A DNA stretch of 49,223 nucleotides from Elusimicrobiota bacterium (GTDB lineage Bacteria > Elusimicrobiota > Endomicrobiia > CG1-02-37-114 > JAHJSO01): the NCBI GenBank assembly GCA_043826435.1, contig JBDRQF010000058.1:1-49223 (forward strand), given 5' to 3'. Below are positions 1 through 10,327 of the stretch, in pieces. The notes beneath the pieces were generated by a model that did no database searches, was not told where the DNA came from, and was given only the letters and a program-made list of their open reading frames with translations. A program made the translations under genes and the position numbers. Position 1 is the first letter of the stretch, and each line of letters starts with the position of its first letter.

Positions 1-1438
1 CGAAATTCCAGGCAAGCATAGTGCCAAAGTTTGTTTTTCTATCTTTAAAAATTGCCTGTGAGAATTTAACCACATCATTTTTTGTTATTTTTGTTCTTCT
101 AGATGATTCTCCTACATAAAGAGGAACACCAGCACGAGAACCGTGAATATTTGGTGAGACATTTTCTGGCTTACCACCGAATGCTCGGACAACAAATTCT
201 CTGAATTCATCAGTTGATAATTTTTCAAGTCGTGGTATCTCATAAATACCCCAGTGTTCAACAGTGAAATCCGGAACAGGTAGAAGGGCTTGTTGAACTT
301 GTTTCCTTTTTTCAGATTCACCGGATTCACTGGATTTATTTTCTAACCCTTCAACAACTCTACATATTCTATCAGCAGTAATTGCAACAGCAATCCTTGA
401 TTGGTCAGAACCAATCCATCTGCGATTTAATTTTTGTGCAACTGCTAAAGTTGTCCCACCACCACAGAAAAAGTCAGACACAACATCGCTTTCGTTAGAA
501 GATGCTTTAATAATCCGTTCAAGCAATGCTTCGGGTTTTTGGGTGGGGTAACCTATACATTCAGAATGGCTCTTCACTAAAATGTTTATATGCACATAAT
601 CAGGAGCCAATTTACCTTCTTCTTTCATATAAGTTTTTGTAACTCTACCATCAGCAAGAGTATTTTCTTTATACTGTCTACCATTTTCATCCACCTTATT
701 GAATCGTTTTATAGTTGCTTCAGCAAATGGGTCATAAATTGGATTGAAAGTATATTTTTCTGTTTTAGTGTAAAATAAAATTGTGTTGTGTTTTCTTTGG
801 AACCCTTTTCCTCTATCAGTCCCACCTGTAAAAGTCCATATAATTTCATTCTGAAAATTATCTACACCAAAAATCTTATCCATCTCCACCTTCACATAAT
901 GACTTGCATGCCAGTCAAGATGGACATATATTGACCCAGTTTTCTTTAATAATCGTTTCATTTCATATAATCGTGCATTTAACCAAATCAAATATCCCGG
1001 CATTCCGCCTTCCCAAATATCAGAGAAAGAGCGGACTTCGTTTTTATCACCAAAAATGACATTATAATTTCTGCCAGAAAAAAATGGCGGGTCAATATAA
1101 ATCAAATCAATTGACTTTGATGGCAACTGCCTCACAATATGGAGATTATCACCGAAGAAAAGACGATTTGCTCCCTTTGGAAATAATTCTGTCGCAGGAA
1201 ATTTATTACTATGCCCAAACTCTATTCTTCGGACTTCCTGGAAAGGCAAGATTATTTTTGGATAAGTATGTTCAAACTTTGTTATTTTCGTCTTTCTTGG
1301 TTCTGTTTCAACTTCACATCCGAGTGGTGCTTCGTCAACAGGCACAGATCCAAATCTTGCAGGGATTTTGTAAAACTCTGTCTGTTTTGGTATCTCAATT
1401 TCAGCAGATATAATATTGTTGTTTTTGTTTTGATTCAT
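1..1438 (-). CDS. Site-specific DNA methyltransferase (beta-class N4/N6 MTase), 3' end runs off the window
   Basis: Absent from the ORF track because it has no stop in the window. Manual translation from ATG 1438 gives ...NRLFFGDNL...IDLIYIDPPFFSGRNY...HLDWHASHYVK...GYPTQKPEALLERIIKASSNESDVVSDFFCGGGTT; the DPPF motif precedes the FxGxG motif. Confidence 0.9.
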   Translation of the reverse strand, partial: MNQNKNNNIISAEIEIPKQTEFYKIPARFGSVPVDEAPLGCEVETEPRKTKITKFEHTYPKIILPFQEVRRIEFGHSNKFPATELFPKGANRLFFGDNLHIVRQLPSKSIDLIYIDPPFFSGRNYNVIFGDKNEVRSFSDIWEGGMPGYLIWLNARLYEMKRLLKKTGSIYVHLDWHASHYVKVEMDKIFGVDNFQNEIIWTFTGGTDRGKGFQRKHNTILFYTKTEKYTFNPIYDPFAEATIKRFNKVDENGRQYKENTLADGRVTKTYMKEEGKLAPDYVHINILVKSHSECIGYPTQKPEALLERIIKASSNESDVVSDFFCGGGTTLAVAQKLNRRWIGSDQSRIAVAITADRICRVVEGLENKSSESGESEKRKQVQQALLPVPDFTVEHWGIYEIPRLEKLSTDEFREFVVRAFGGKPENVSPNIHGSRAGVPLYVGESSRRTKITKNDVVKFSQAIFKDRKTNFGTMLAWNF

Positions 1439-1439
1439 A

Positions 1440-2606
1440 TCAAAATCCAATCATTTTTGAAACAACACTCATTTTTGCATCAACAATTTTTGGTTTTTTT
1501 ACTGACTTTATCGCCCTGTCAGGGTCTTTTAGCCCGTGTCCTGTCAGGATACACACAACGGTTGCGGGTCGGGCGGTTGCGGGTTTTGTAAAAAGTCCCT
1601 TCTTAAAATATTTTATCAGTCCAGCGACGCCCGCAGCGGAGGCGGGTTCAACAAAAATCCCTTCCATGGAAGCGAGCAGTTTGTATGCATTTATTATTTC
1701 TGTGTCTGTGACTGTATCAATTACTCCACCCGACTCATCTCTTGCTTGTTCCGCTTGTTTCCATGAGGCGGGGTTTCCGATTCTTATAGCAGTTGCTATT
1801 GTCTTCGGATTTTTTATGGGTTTTCCGTGCACGATGGGTGCGGAACCCTCTGCCTGGAACCCCATCATCCTGGGATGTCTTATATCGCAGATTTCAGCAT
1901 GCAGGGCGTTATGCCGGGCGTTGTTTTTTTCCGGTTTACAACTTGCATACTCCTTGTAACCCTTCCAGTATGCGGTGATATTTCCTGCATTGCCGACCGG
2001 CATGAATTGATAGTCAGGTGCTTTGCCAAGCGATTCAATAATTTCAAAGGCAGCGGTTTTCTGTCCTTCAATACGGTAAGGGTTTAACGAGTTCACAAGT
2101 GTGACAGGATATTTCTCACATATTTCCCGTGCAAGTTTCAGGGCATCGTCAAAGTTTCCTTTTATCGCCAGCACCCTTGCCCCGTGTATCATCGCCTGCG
2201 AAAGTTTTCCGAGGGCGATAGCACCTGCAGGGATTAAAACGATACACTTGATTCCCGCCCGTGCAGCGTAGGCAGCGGCGCTTGCCGCGGTATTCCCCGT
2301 TGAGGCGCACATAACCGCCTCTGCCTTTTCTTCCTTTGCTTTTGAAATCGCTACGGTCATACCCCTGTCTTTGAAGGAGCCCGTCGGGTTGAACCCCTCG
2401 CATTTCAGGTATATCTCAATGTCCGTGGTGCGAGCCGTGGTGCGCAGACCAAGGTATTTTTCAATCGCCGATGCCCTCAATAGGGGGGTGTTCCCCTCGG
2501 ACATGGTGATAACAGGTGTCCGGGAACTTACAGGCAAAAACTTTTTGTACCTCTGGATTATTCCTCTATAAGTAGCGAGGTAAGTAGTGGGGTCAGGTCT
2601 TGACAT
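1440..2606 (-). CDS. thrC: Threonine synthase
   Basis: [16 protein letters not shown] (PLP lysine), [29 protein letters not shown]. Confidence 0.95.
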   Translation of the reverse strand: MSRPDPTTYLATYRGIIQRYKKFLPVSSRTPVITMSEGNTPLLRASAIEKYLGLRTTARTTDIEIYLKCEGFNPTGSFKDRGMTVAISKAKEEKAEAVMCASTGNTAASAAAYAARAGIKCIVLIPAGAIALGKLSQAMIHGARVLAIKGNFDDALKLAREICEKYPVTLVNSLNPYRIEGQKTAAFEIIESLGKAPDYQFMPVGNAGNITAYWKGYKEYASCKPEKNNARHNALHAEICDIRHPRMMGFQAEGSAPIVHGKPIKNPKTIATAIRIGNPASWKQAEQARDESGGVIDTVTDTEIINAYKLLASMEGIFVEPASAAGVAGLIKYFKKGLFTKPATARPATVVCILTGHGLKDPDRAIKSVKKPKIVDAKMSVVSKMIGF

Positions 2607-2639
2607 TTGACAATTACTCCTCTGTAGATATTCATCTAT

Positions 2640-4469
2640 TCAACCAATTTTTCCCATTTGTTCTGAGGTCCTTTTGTGTATTTCTTCTATTTTGTGCAGT
2701 TCTGATTCTGGAATAAATCTCATCATTGATATCTCTTTTCGGACGGGCAATCCCATAATTTTGTCGAGTTCTTTCTCCTGCTCAAGCGATTCCATCGCCA
2801 GTTCGTAGAATCCCATCACTGCCTTTAGCATACAGTATTGTTTTTTCGCAGAACTGTAAGTGTCAACCGGGTCAAAGGCGCTCTGGTAGAGGTAGTCCTC
2901 CCTTATTGACCTTGCGGACTCAAGGACAATCTTGTCTTGGTCGGAAATCGCGTCCATCCCGACCAGACGGACAATCTCTTTAAGTTCAGACTCTTTCTGA
3001 AGGAGTTCCATAGCCCTTTGTACCAGCGAGGGCCATTTGACTGATATACTGCTTGTGTAGAAATTCCTCAGTTCGTCGTGATAGCGCGAATAACTTGTTA
3101 GCCAGCTAATTGCAGGGAAATGCCTGGCATGGGCAAGCCCCTCCTCAAGCGACCAGAAAACCTTTACGACCTTGAGAGTGCCTTGCACAACGGGGTCGGA
3201 AAGGTCGCCACCCGGCGGAGAAACGGCGCCTATTACGCTAAGACATCCTTCCCTCGCTTTTTTCGTGTGTCCGTCATGGGCGGAGCCGCCGGTCTCGCTG
3301 CGTGACGCATCCGTCCCGCTGAGGCATACCACCCTGCCCGCCCTTTCATAAAATTCCGCCAGCCGTTTCGGCAGGTATGCAGGGTAACCCTCCTCGCCGG
3401 GCATCTCTTCAAGCCGGCCTGAAATTTCCCTCAACGCCTCCGCCCATCTGCTTGTTGAGTCAGCCATAAGGGCCACGGAATAACCCATGTCCCTGAAGTA
3501 CTCCGCTATCGTTATGCCCGTATATATTGACGCCTCTCTTGCTGCAACGGGCATGTTTGATGTGTTTGCAATCATAACCGTCCTCAATATAAGCGGTTTG
3601 CCTGATTTCGGATCCTTGAGTTCGGGGAATTCCGTGAGGACATCCGTCATTTCGTTTCCCCGTTCCCCGCAGCCGACATACACTACGATTTCCGCATCGG
3701 ACCATTTTGCCAGCTGGTGCTGTATTACCGTTTTACCCGAACCGAACGGCCCGGGGACGCACGCAGTTCCGCCTTTTGCGACGGGGAAGAAAGTGTCTAT
3801 CACCCTCTGGCCGGTAAACAGCGGGACGTCGGGCGAAAGTTTCTTTACGTAAGGCCTGGGTTCACGCACCGCCCATTTCTGTTTCATCGTAAGTTTTACC
3901 GGGTTTTTCCCCGTGTCAGGGAGGACTTCTAATATACATTCGTCAACGGTAAAATCCCCTTCCGATATTTTAATAATCTTTCCGGTGACGGATCCAGGGG
4001 ACACTACCCTGTGCACGACGAGTTCCGTCTCCTTCACCTCGCCCAGAATCTCTCCGGGGCCGATGCTGTCACCCTTTTTTAACAGGGGAATGAAATGCCA
4101 TTTTTTCTTTTTGTCAAGGCCGGGCAGTTCAATGCCCCTGGTGATGAAGTTGCCTGAAATTTCCTGTATTATGTTCAGGGGCCTCTGTATCCCGTCGTAT
4201 ATTGAGCCGACAAGTCCCGGCCCCAGTTCCACCGAGAGCGGCTCACCCGTGTTCATCACCGGCTCACCTGCCCCGATGCCTGCCGTGTCTTCATATACCT
4301 GGATATAAACCTTGTCCTGCCTTATTTCAATTACTTCCCCGATAAGTTTTTTTTCAGAGACCCGGACCACGTCATACATCTTTGCATCCACGGGTCCTTC
4401 GCTGATTACCAGCGGCCCTGAGACCTTTACTATCCTTCCTGTGTTTTTCAGTGTTGTGTCGTTTTTCAT
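2640..4469 (-). CDS. ntpA: V/A-type ATP synthase subunit A
   Basis: Walker [56 protein letters not shown]. Confidence 0.97.
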   Translation of the reverse strand: MKNDTTLKNTGRIVKVSGPLVISEGPVDAKMYDVVRVSEKKLIGEVIEIRQDKVYIQVYEDTAGIGAGEPVMNTGEPLSVELGPGLVGSIYDGIQRPLNIIQEISGNFITRGIELPGLDKKKKWHFIPLLKKGDSIGPGEILGEVKETELVVHRVVSPGSVTGKIIKISEGDFTVDECILEVLPDTGKNPVKLTMKQKWAVREPRPYVKKLSPDVPLFTGQRVIDTFFPVAKGGTACVPGPFGSGKTVIQHQLAKWSDAEIVVYVGCGERGNEMTDVLTEFPELKDPKSGKPLILRTVMIANTSNMPVAAREASIYTGITIAEYFRDMGYSVALMADSTSRWAEALREISGRLEEMPGEEGYPAYLPKRLAEFYERAGRVVCLSGTDASRSETGGSAHDGHTKKAREGCLSVIGAVSPPGGDLSDPVVQGTLKVVKVFWSLEEGLAHARHFPAISWLTSYSRYHDELRNFYTSSISVKWPSLVQRAMELLQKESELKEIVRLVGMDAISDQDKIVLESARSIREDYLYQSAFDPVDTYSSAKKQYCMLKAVMGFYELAMESLEQEKELDKIMGLPVRKEISMMRFIPESELHKIEEIHKRTSEQMGKIG

Positions 4470-4819
4470 TTAATCAACTCCGTGCCTGTGGCGATGACTG
4501 AATATTTTAAAAGCGCCTTTATACCAATATTTTCCCTTTCAACCGTGTCCGGGATAACCGTAACAACCGGGAAGGTCTTTTCTTTCCGGAGCAGCCCGGC
4601 GCATTTGAGATATACGTTTTCGGTGACGAATATTATTTTGTAATCCCTTTTATATATCTCCTCAAACGACTGTTGCAGGTTTTTTTTGAGTATGTAACAG
4701 TCAATGCCTGCGGCAAGAAAAATGGAAACCACTTCCCTGTCACTTACGACCGCAATCCTGTTGCCGGCGGGCGTCCCGGTGCGTGTATTTGCAGGTATAC
4801 CGGTAGTCGCCTCAGGCAT
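4466..4819 (-). CDS. ntpF: V/A-type ATPase subunit F
   Basis: RIAVVSDREVVSIFLAAGI...KIIFVTE...PVVTVIP pattern; directly upstream of subunit A. Confidence 0.8.
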   Translation of the reverse strand: MPEATTGIPANTRTGTPAGNRIAVVSDREVVSIFLAAGIDCYILKKNLQQSFEEIYKRDYKIIFVTENVYLKCAGLLRKEKTFPVVTVIPDTVERENIGIKALLKYSVIATGTELIK

Positions 4820-5600
4820 ACATCCCCCTTAAATGTTTTATGATTTCTTCTCTACCTGTCCCGTTTTCCTTCCCGTACCATATTGTCCTGACCATCACCG
4901 CCTCCTGTTTCTTTAAAAAAATGTACCGTATTAGCGGAGAGATGTCGGAGAATGCGCCCCTTGTTTTTTCAGAGAGATATTCAGAGATATAGTTGTCAAA
5001 CAGCACTCCCAACCCGGACATTGTTTCAGGCGACTTGCCTGTTTCGGGCAGAATGCCGGTTGAACCGTAACTTGTATTTTTTATGTGACTGGCGACTCCG
5101 TCCGGGTCCATCGCGCATTTATCAATGAACCAATCGCGGGTGAGATGCCCGCCGGGTATCATCTCGTCTATAAGTTTGCCGGCGCCTTCTTTGCCGTCGC
5201 CCCTGCTAAAAAACCTGAAATTAAAAAAGGCCCTGATGTTATTTATGTCAATGAGGGTTTTAATAAGGCCGTGTAAAAAATCGTTTGCGCGGGAGGCATC
5301 CAGGATATTCCCCCACCTGTCGGGTGGCGACACAATCCCCATAGATTCGTCCGCTATGTCAATTAAGCCGGCGTCTTCTGCCGGGACGAGTGATACGAGC
5401 AGCGAACGGACGCCGTCAATTTCCGACTGAAGAAATGCCTCAATCCCCCCAACCACCCCCCGCCCGTAGTTCGCCGAAACAAGGAACGAAATAATTTCCT
5501 CTCCGGAGGTCGTTTCCAGGAGTTTTCCGGCATCGTCCTTTGTGAACACTTTTGTCTCAAGAGCCCTTATCCGCGCCGTGGCATATATATAATCGTTCAT
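4812..5600 (-). CDS. ntpC: V/A-type ATPase subunit C (d/C family)
   Basis: YIYATARIRALE at the N-terminus, IDINNIR, C-terminal PLIRYIFLKKQE...LRGMYA; operon position. Confidence 0.85.
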   Translation of the reverse strand: MNDYIYATARIRALETKVFTKDDAGKLLETTSGEEIISFLVSANYGRGVVGGIEAFLQSEIDGVRSLLVSLVPAEDAGLIDIADESMGIVSPPDRWGNILDASRANDFLHGLIKTLIDINNIRAFFNFRFFSRGDGKEGAGKLIDEMIPGGHLTRDWFIDKCAMDPDGVASHIKNTSYGSTGILPETGKSPETMSGLGVLFDNYISEYLSEKTRGAFSDISPLIRYIFLKKQEAVMVRTIWYGKENGTGREEIIKHLRGMYA

Positions 5601-6211
5601 TGAAAAAGAATCCTGGCGACTTCGCCTGAAAGTTCCTCCCTGTACAGGGAGATGATCGCATCCATCGTAAAGTTGCTTTCCCTTTTATCTGTTTTTATGA
5701 TGAAACCGCCGTCAAGCCCGCCTTCCGAGAAACGGACGTTGTGTTTGCCGTATTTGGCGGCAATCTTATTTTCAAGATGCGGGAGGTCGCCGGCAGACAG
5801 TATAATCTCTATTGCGGTATTCTCTGCGGCGTTTTTATCTTTGTCCCGGGTCCCCTTTTTGATTGTATCTTCAATCTTTAATTCCAGAAGTTTTTCAAGG
5901 AAGATGAGATAACCTTTCCTGTGCGTCGTTTTTATATTGACGGACGCTGTCTCAAACACCTTGTCAAGCCATCTGTTTTTTTCGCCGAGTATATCCCTGT
6001 TTGATTCAAGGCGCGCCATGACTGATATTTTGTTTTTTTCCGCCCCGGTCACCCTGTCCGACTCGCGGTATATCCGCGTACTTATTTCCTTTGCCTTTTT
6101 TTCTGCGGATTTAAGGATTTCCGAACACTCCCGTTCGGCGGACGCCTCAATCTCCCGGACCTTCTGCAACGTCTCCTCTTCAATTTTTCTTATTATGTGC
6201 TCAATTGCCAT
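5597..6211 (-). CDS. ntpE: V/A-type ATPase subunit E
   Basis: N-terminal coiled coil MAIEHIIRKIEEE, GGFII, C-terminal EVARILF. Confidence 0.85.
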   Translation of the reverse strand: MAIEHIIRKIEEETLQKVREIEASAERECSEILKSAEKKAKEISTRIYRESDRVTGAEKNKISVMARLESNRDILGEKNRWLDKVFETASVNIKTTHRKGYLIFLEKLLELKIEDTIKKGTRDKDKNAAENTAIEIILSAGDLPHLENKIAAKYGKHNVRFSEGGLDGGFIIKTDKRESNFTMDAIISLYREELSGEVARILFQ

Positions 6212-6226
6212 TTCTCATCCCCGTGT

Positions 6227-6269
6227 CGTCTTCAACCCAAAGCCCATCAAGGTGCCGTCTTCAACCCAA
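6227..6269. repeat. 14-bp direct repeat CGTCTTCAACCCAA (6227-6240 and 6256-6269) duplicating the end of the subunit K gene
   Basis: Read directly; the second copy contains the K stop codon. Confidence 0.8.
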
Positions 6270-6734
6270 TTTTATGCTTCCCAGAAGCAAGAATGTCGCC
6301 AGAAAACCAAGCACTCCGTATGTTTCTACAATAACGCCATATACCAGTGCCTTACCCACCTCTTCAGGTTTTTTAGCGACCACGCTGCATCCGGCTGCGC
6401 ACACCTGTCCCTGTGCGACCGCAGATATTAGACCGACAATCCCTACTGGGATTGCAGCGAATAAAATCTGCCATCCCTGCGGGGTTGTTATCGTTGTTAT
6501 GTCGCTCACCATGCCGAGTTTGTTCAGTATGAGGAACATTCCGACCAGCCCGTAAAACCCCTGCGTGCCAGGCAACGCCTGCAACAGCAGCAGCCGGGCG
6601 AATTTTGACGGGTCCTCCGTCGTCACCCCTGCCGCTGCCCTGCCGGCAATGGCACAGCCCAATGCAGACCCTAATCCTGCCAGAAAGGCAGCGATGCTTC
6701 CTCCAAGAATTGCTAATGTAAAACCGGTTAACAT
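6261..6734 (-). CDS. ntpK: V/A-type ATPase proteolipid subunit K (4 TM, Na+-type signature)
   Basis: Duplicated hairpin with LPGTQGFYG and VETYG, resembling Enterococcus hirae NtpK. Confidence 0.93.
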   Translation of the reverse strand: MLTGFTLAILGGSIAAFLAGLGSALGCAIAGRAAAGVTTEDPSKFARLLLLQALPGTQGFYGLVGMFLILNKLGMVSDITTITTPQGWQILFAAIPVGIVGLISAVAQGQVCAAGCSVVAKKPEEVGKALVYGVIVETYGVLGFLATFLLLGSIKLG

Positions 6735-6774
6735 TTCTTCCTCCTGGGCTCTTATCGTTCCGCCCCCGCTGAAA

Positions 6775-8733
6775 TTATTTTTTTATGATACTATATTGCC
6801 TGGCTTCGGCAAAGGGAACAAACTCTCTGCCGCCGCCCGTAAAGAATTTTCCGAAGAACTCCAGATACTGCAGGCGCGCCGAATGCACGAAAGCGCCGAG
6901 GCAGTTCATTGCAATGTTAAAACTATGCCCTAACAACGCGATGAGACCGGCAAGTAAAAAGCCGAGCAGCGGTACCCCTCCCAGGGCGGTGACGGCGGAT
7001 CCAGCCATAATGTTTACCGTCTGCGCCACTGCAATACCCACAAGCCCTAATGCGAATACCCTGCAGTATGAAAGCACGTCGGCGAAGAGCCCGACTATAC
7101 CGTAGAGTTTTATTGCCCCCAGAAGGGGCATAAGAGGAACAATCTTTGCAGACCTGCCCTGTGTCAGGAGCAGGAGTACCGCCAGGACCAGAGACCCTTT
7201 GCCGGAAAAAGCCATCAACCCCGGACTTCCAGGAAAAATCTCTTTACCGAACATAAGTTTAAATACCACGGGCGCCATGAAGACAAAGAAAAAAGACCAG
7301 AGTAACTGGTCCATAACCTCGCCGTAGTTTTTGTTTCTCACAGCAATATAGAGTTTTATGCACATCCCGAAAAGGACCTGGACAAAACCGAAACCCAGTG
7401 AAATAAACAGCATCTTCATCGGGTCATCAACCGGATTCACGATGACGAATTTTTTAAACTGGATGATTCTCTGTGACACGGATAACCCGGCAAAACTGTC
7501 CAGCAATACCCCCGAGACCGCGGTCATAATGCCGCAGTAAAAGAGGAGTTTCAACAGTTTGTTAGCAGGAGAGATTTTTTTCAATGCGATGTAAGAAGCG
7601 GTTGCAAGCACAATGCCGTAAGCGAGGTCGCTTACGCACAGCGAAAACAACACTGCGAAGAACGGGGCGAGGAACGGCGTGGGGTCTGCCTCGTCATATT
7701 GGGGCCTGTCGTATAATTTCGTGACGAACTCAAACGGCGAGACCAGTCGTTTATTTCTGAACAGGACGGGAGGGCTTTCCCCTTTCTGCGGGTCGCGGGT
7801 TATAATTTCAACCGCGTTTGATATGCCTGAAATGACTTTTTTCATCGCCAGCACCGAGGCGGATGGCACCCAGCCGTTTATGGCGAAGGTATGTCCGGTG
7901 TGCGGGAGTTTTGATTGGGCGGACTTTAGCCGGTATGCTTCCGTCCAGTAATCCCACAGGAGGCGCATGGCTGTGCTGTTTTCCGCTGCAAGCGCCCGCA
8001 GTTCTTTCTGAAGGGTTTTAACCAGTTCCCTGTTTGATGAGATTTTCTGCCGGTGTGCGGATATAACGTCCGCCGGCATTTCAGCCGCCGTATCCTTTAT
8101 GTTTAACATCGTTATGTTAAGTTCTCTTATCTTTTCAACCAGCGAATTCTCCGACGGCTTCCAGACGGAAACGACAAAATATATCGTTTCGGATTTCTGT
8201 GTGTCAGACCAGACGATGTCAAATAAATTTTCCGTTAAATTTTCCGTATGAGCGGACGATTTTTTCAGTTGATTAAAAGAGCGGCTGTCCGCCCGGCAGA
8301 AGAAGAATTTAACGTGGCCGGTTTCTGCGAAGTCAGATAAAAGGTAAGGGAGTTTTTCCCACGGTGAGTATGCCTTGATTTCGGTATGAGAGGCGGATAT
8401 TTCGTTCTCCGCCGCTCTTATCCTTTGAGACGCGTCCTGCAGTTTTTTATGGACTTCGTCCAGCGGGTATGAGGAAACGAGTTTTTCAATGCCCGCCCCG
8501 GTTATTTCTATTTTTTGTTTTGTGGCCTGTTGCAGGAGATAGCCGGAAGAGACCTCAATTGCTTCCTGTATTTTTGAAACAATCTCCTCAATCCCTGAAA
8601 GGGGCATTTCAATCTGGGGCGAGCTGGTGAATTCAATCTCAGTGATACCCGTTTTTCTTAATGCAGAAACGATTGTCTCGCGGTACTCGCTGTGGGCAAT
8701 CACAAAAAACCTCTTCATCCTGCTTACTGCCAC
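6775..8733 (-). CDS. ntpI: V/A-type ATPase subunit I (a)
   Basis: 652 aa; GWVP, PPVLFRN...PFE, DPTP, DVLSYCRVFALGL, FVHSARLQYLEFFGKFFTGGGREFVPF. Confidence 0.95.
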   Translation of the reverse strand: MAVSRMKRFFVIAHSEYRETIVSALRKTGITEIEFTSSPQIEMPLSGIEEIVSKIQEAIEVSSGYLLQQATKQKIEITGAGIEKLVSSYPLDEVHKKLQDASQRIRAAENEISASHTEIKAYSPWEKLPYLLSDFAETGHVKFFFCRADSRSFNQLKKSSAHTENLTENLFDIVWSDTQKSETIYFVVSVWKPSENSLVEKIRELNITMLNIKDTAAEMPADVISAHRQKISSNRELVKTLQKELRALAAENSTAMRLLWDYWTEAYRLKSAQSKLPHTGHTFAINGWVPSASVLAMKKVISGISNAVEIITRDPQKGESPPVLFRNKRLVSPFEFVTKLYDRPQYDEADPTPFLAPFFAVLFSLCVSDLAYGIVLATASYIALKKISPANKLLKLLFYCGIMTAVSGVLLDSFAGLSVSQRIIQFKKFVIVNPVDDPMKMLFISLGFGFVQVLFGMCIKLYIAVRNKNYGEVMDQLLWSFFFVFMAPVVFKLMFGKEIFPGSPGLMAFSGKGSLVLAVLLLLTQGRSAKIVPLMPLLGAIKLYGIVGLFADVLSYCRVFALGLVGIAVAQTVNIMAGSAVTALGGVPLLGFLLAGLIALLGHSFNIAMNCLGAFVHSARLQYLEFFGKFFTGGGREFVPFAEARQYSIIKK

Positions 8734-8742
8734 GTTTCCCCC

Positions 8743-9060
8743 CTACCTGACCGTCAGTATCTTTTCAATGACAAACCCGACTGCCTTTTCAAATTTCTTT
8801 TCAGCGCCCTGTTGTATTTTTTGTATTGTTTCAGACGTATCCCTTTTTGTCTTCTCAGTTTCTTTCAGGTGGTTATTGATTTCTTCCCGGTATTTTTTCG
8901 CAGCGTCCGGGCGGGCGGACTTTTCCGCCTCTAAAACGAGCGCCTCCGCCCGTTCCCCGGCCTGCCGGATTCTTTTTTCCTTTTCGGCAGACGCCTCCCC
9001 GAACAGTCGCAATGATTTTTCTTCTGTGGATTTAACGATTTCTAACGGGTTCTTTTCCAT
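8743..9060 (-). CDS. Probable V/A-type ATPase subunit G/H (peripheral stalk)
   Basis: 105-aa charged coiled coil ending KAVGFVIEKI; first gene of the cluster. Confidence 0.7.
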   Translation of the reverse strand: MEKNPLEIVKSTEEKSLRLFGEASAEKEKRIRQAGERAEALVLEAEKSARPDAAKKYREEINNHLKETEKTKRDTSETIQKIQQGAEKKFEKAVGFVIEKILTVR

Positions 9061-9093
9061 AATTAGTTAATCAGTTGACACAAAGTGCCTCTT

Positions 9094-9122
9094 ATTATAC
9101 ACAATTTTTATTAAAAATTCAA
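9094..9122 (-). promoter_or_regulatory. sigma70-type promoter for the ATPase cluster
   Basis: Minus strand TTGAAT-N17-TATAAT. Confidence 0.6.
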
Positions 9123-9845
9123 TTCACAAAATTTTATATCGCCCCAGGCGGCTATTTTGTCGTTTTTTATTGCCGCAGCGCCCGTTACACCCCTGATCTT
9201 TTTTACAAATTCAATCGCCGGTTTAACGTCGCTTTCCCTCCGGACAAGGTTTGCGCAGGCGGTGGCGACCGCATCAGCCAGGGCAGCCGAACGGGACATA
9301 ACTACGACAGCATCCGCCCTGCCGAAACTAAGAGAGTGCCCCACCCTGCCGGATGAGGTGCACACGCCCAGAGGGGTCTGGCCCGGCCGGACAACAATGC
9401 CTATCTTCCCGCTGAGGGCCGACTTGCCTGCATAAATGCCGATTGTCCTCGGTTTTTTGATTTTCAGGAATATGTCGCCGCCGTTTTCTACGATTATCTC
9501 GTCTGTGAATTTGAGGAGTTCCCTGCCGACTGCTTCTGCAATGGCGCCTGCCACGGCAGCCATCGGGCCGACCCCGGCTGCCTGTGAAGAACGGAGCATG
9601 TCTTTTATTATGGACGGCGGGCGGGGACAAACGTGTTTCAGCGGTACAATAGAGGTCAGGAATTCGGGCTCCCTGCGAATGTATTCCTCAATCACCTTCC
9701 TGTATTTTAATACAAGAGGTAATGCCTTCTTGCGGAGGTCTTTGCCTGCCCTGATAAAGAGATCGGTTTCTTCAACACGGACATCAAAGGTTGTCAGGTC
9801 GTCGTTACCCTGCCAGTTTCTGTAAAATTTGGGTTCATACATCAA
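9111..9845 (-). CDS. UPF0280 / COG2122 ApbE-like protein
   Basis: GVGPMAAVAGAIAE, IVENGGDI, TSSGRVGHSLSFGRADA. Confidence 0.88.
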   Translation of the reverse strand: MMYEPKFYRNWQGNDDLTTFDVRVEETDLFIRAGKDLRKKALPLVLKYRKVIEEYIRREPEFLTSIVPLKHVCPRPPSIIKDMLRSSQAAGVGPMAAVAGAIAEAVGRELLKFTDEIIVENGGDIFLKIKKPRTIGIYAGKSALSGKIGIVVRPGQTPLGVCTSSGRVGHSLSFGRADAVVVMSRSAALADAVATACANLVRRESDVKPAIEFVKKIRGVTGAAAIKNDKIAAWGDIKFCELNF

Positions 9846-9887
9846 TTAAATTAACGAACACGGGTAAACGGCAAACATGCATGCCGT

Positions 9888-10301
9888 TTAAAAGTGCAGT
9901 TCCATCGCCCTTGTGGGGCATGCCTTTATGCAGAGTTCGCAGGCAATACATTTATTGTCGTAAAACAGGACCTTTTTGGTGAGATGGTCCATCACGAGCG
10001 CCCCTGCAGGGCATATTACAACGCAGGCGCCGCAGTGGGTGCATTTTACTTCGTTCCTCAAAACGTCCTGGGATAAATTCTGGACGATGACCCCGATCTG
10101 CGTTAGGTGTTTAATGGCGTCATTCAGCACGTCCTCCTCGGCGGTGAATTCAAGCACGAGGAGCCCTTCTTCCCTCGGTGTGATGTATGCCTTCAGGATA
10201 TTAAAGTCAAGGTTGTATTTCTTAACCGTGTCGCACACTATCGGCTGTTCAATCAGGCGGTGCGGAAATTTTAGTACGATTTTCTTTGACGTTTTTGCCA
10301 T
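9888..10301 (-). CDS. NIL-domain 2x[4Fe-4S] ferredoxin
   Basis: FNILKA NIL motif; CTHCGACVVICP and CIACELCIKACP. Confidence 0.9.
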   Translation of the reverse strand: MAKTSKKIVLKFPHRLIEQPIVCDTVKKYNLDFNILKAYITPREEGLLVLEFTAEEDVLNDAIKHLTQIGVIVQNLSQDVLRNEVKCTHCGACVVICPAGALVMDHLTKKVLFYDNKCIACELCIKACPTRAMELHF

Positions 10302-10327
10302 TTTTCAGACCGCAGGGCGACTGCTTT

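Noticed and set aside
112..1591. Short track ORFs at 112-330, 590-778, 1084-1413 and 1211-1591
   Set aside because: They overlap the continuous minus-strand MTase frame (1-1438), which carries the real motifs
3255..3325. Intein in ATPase subunit A
   Set aside because: The insert is far too short and lacks C/S...HN splice motifs
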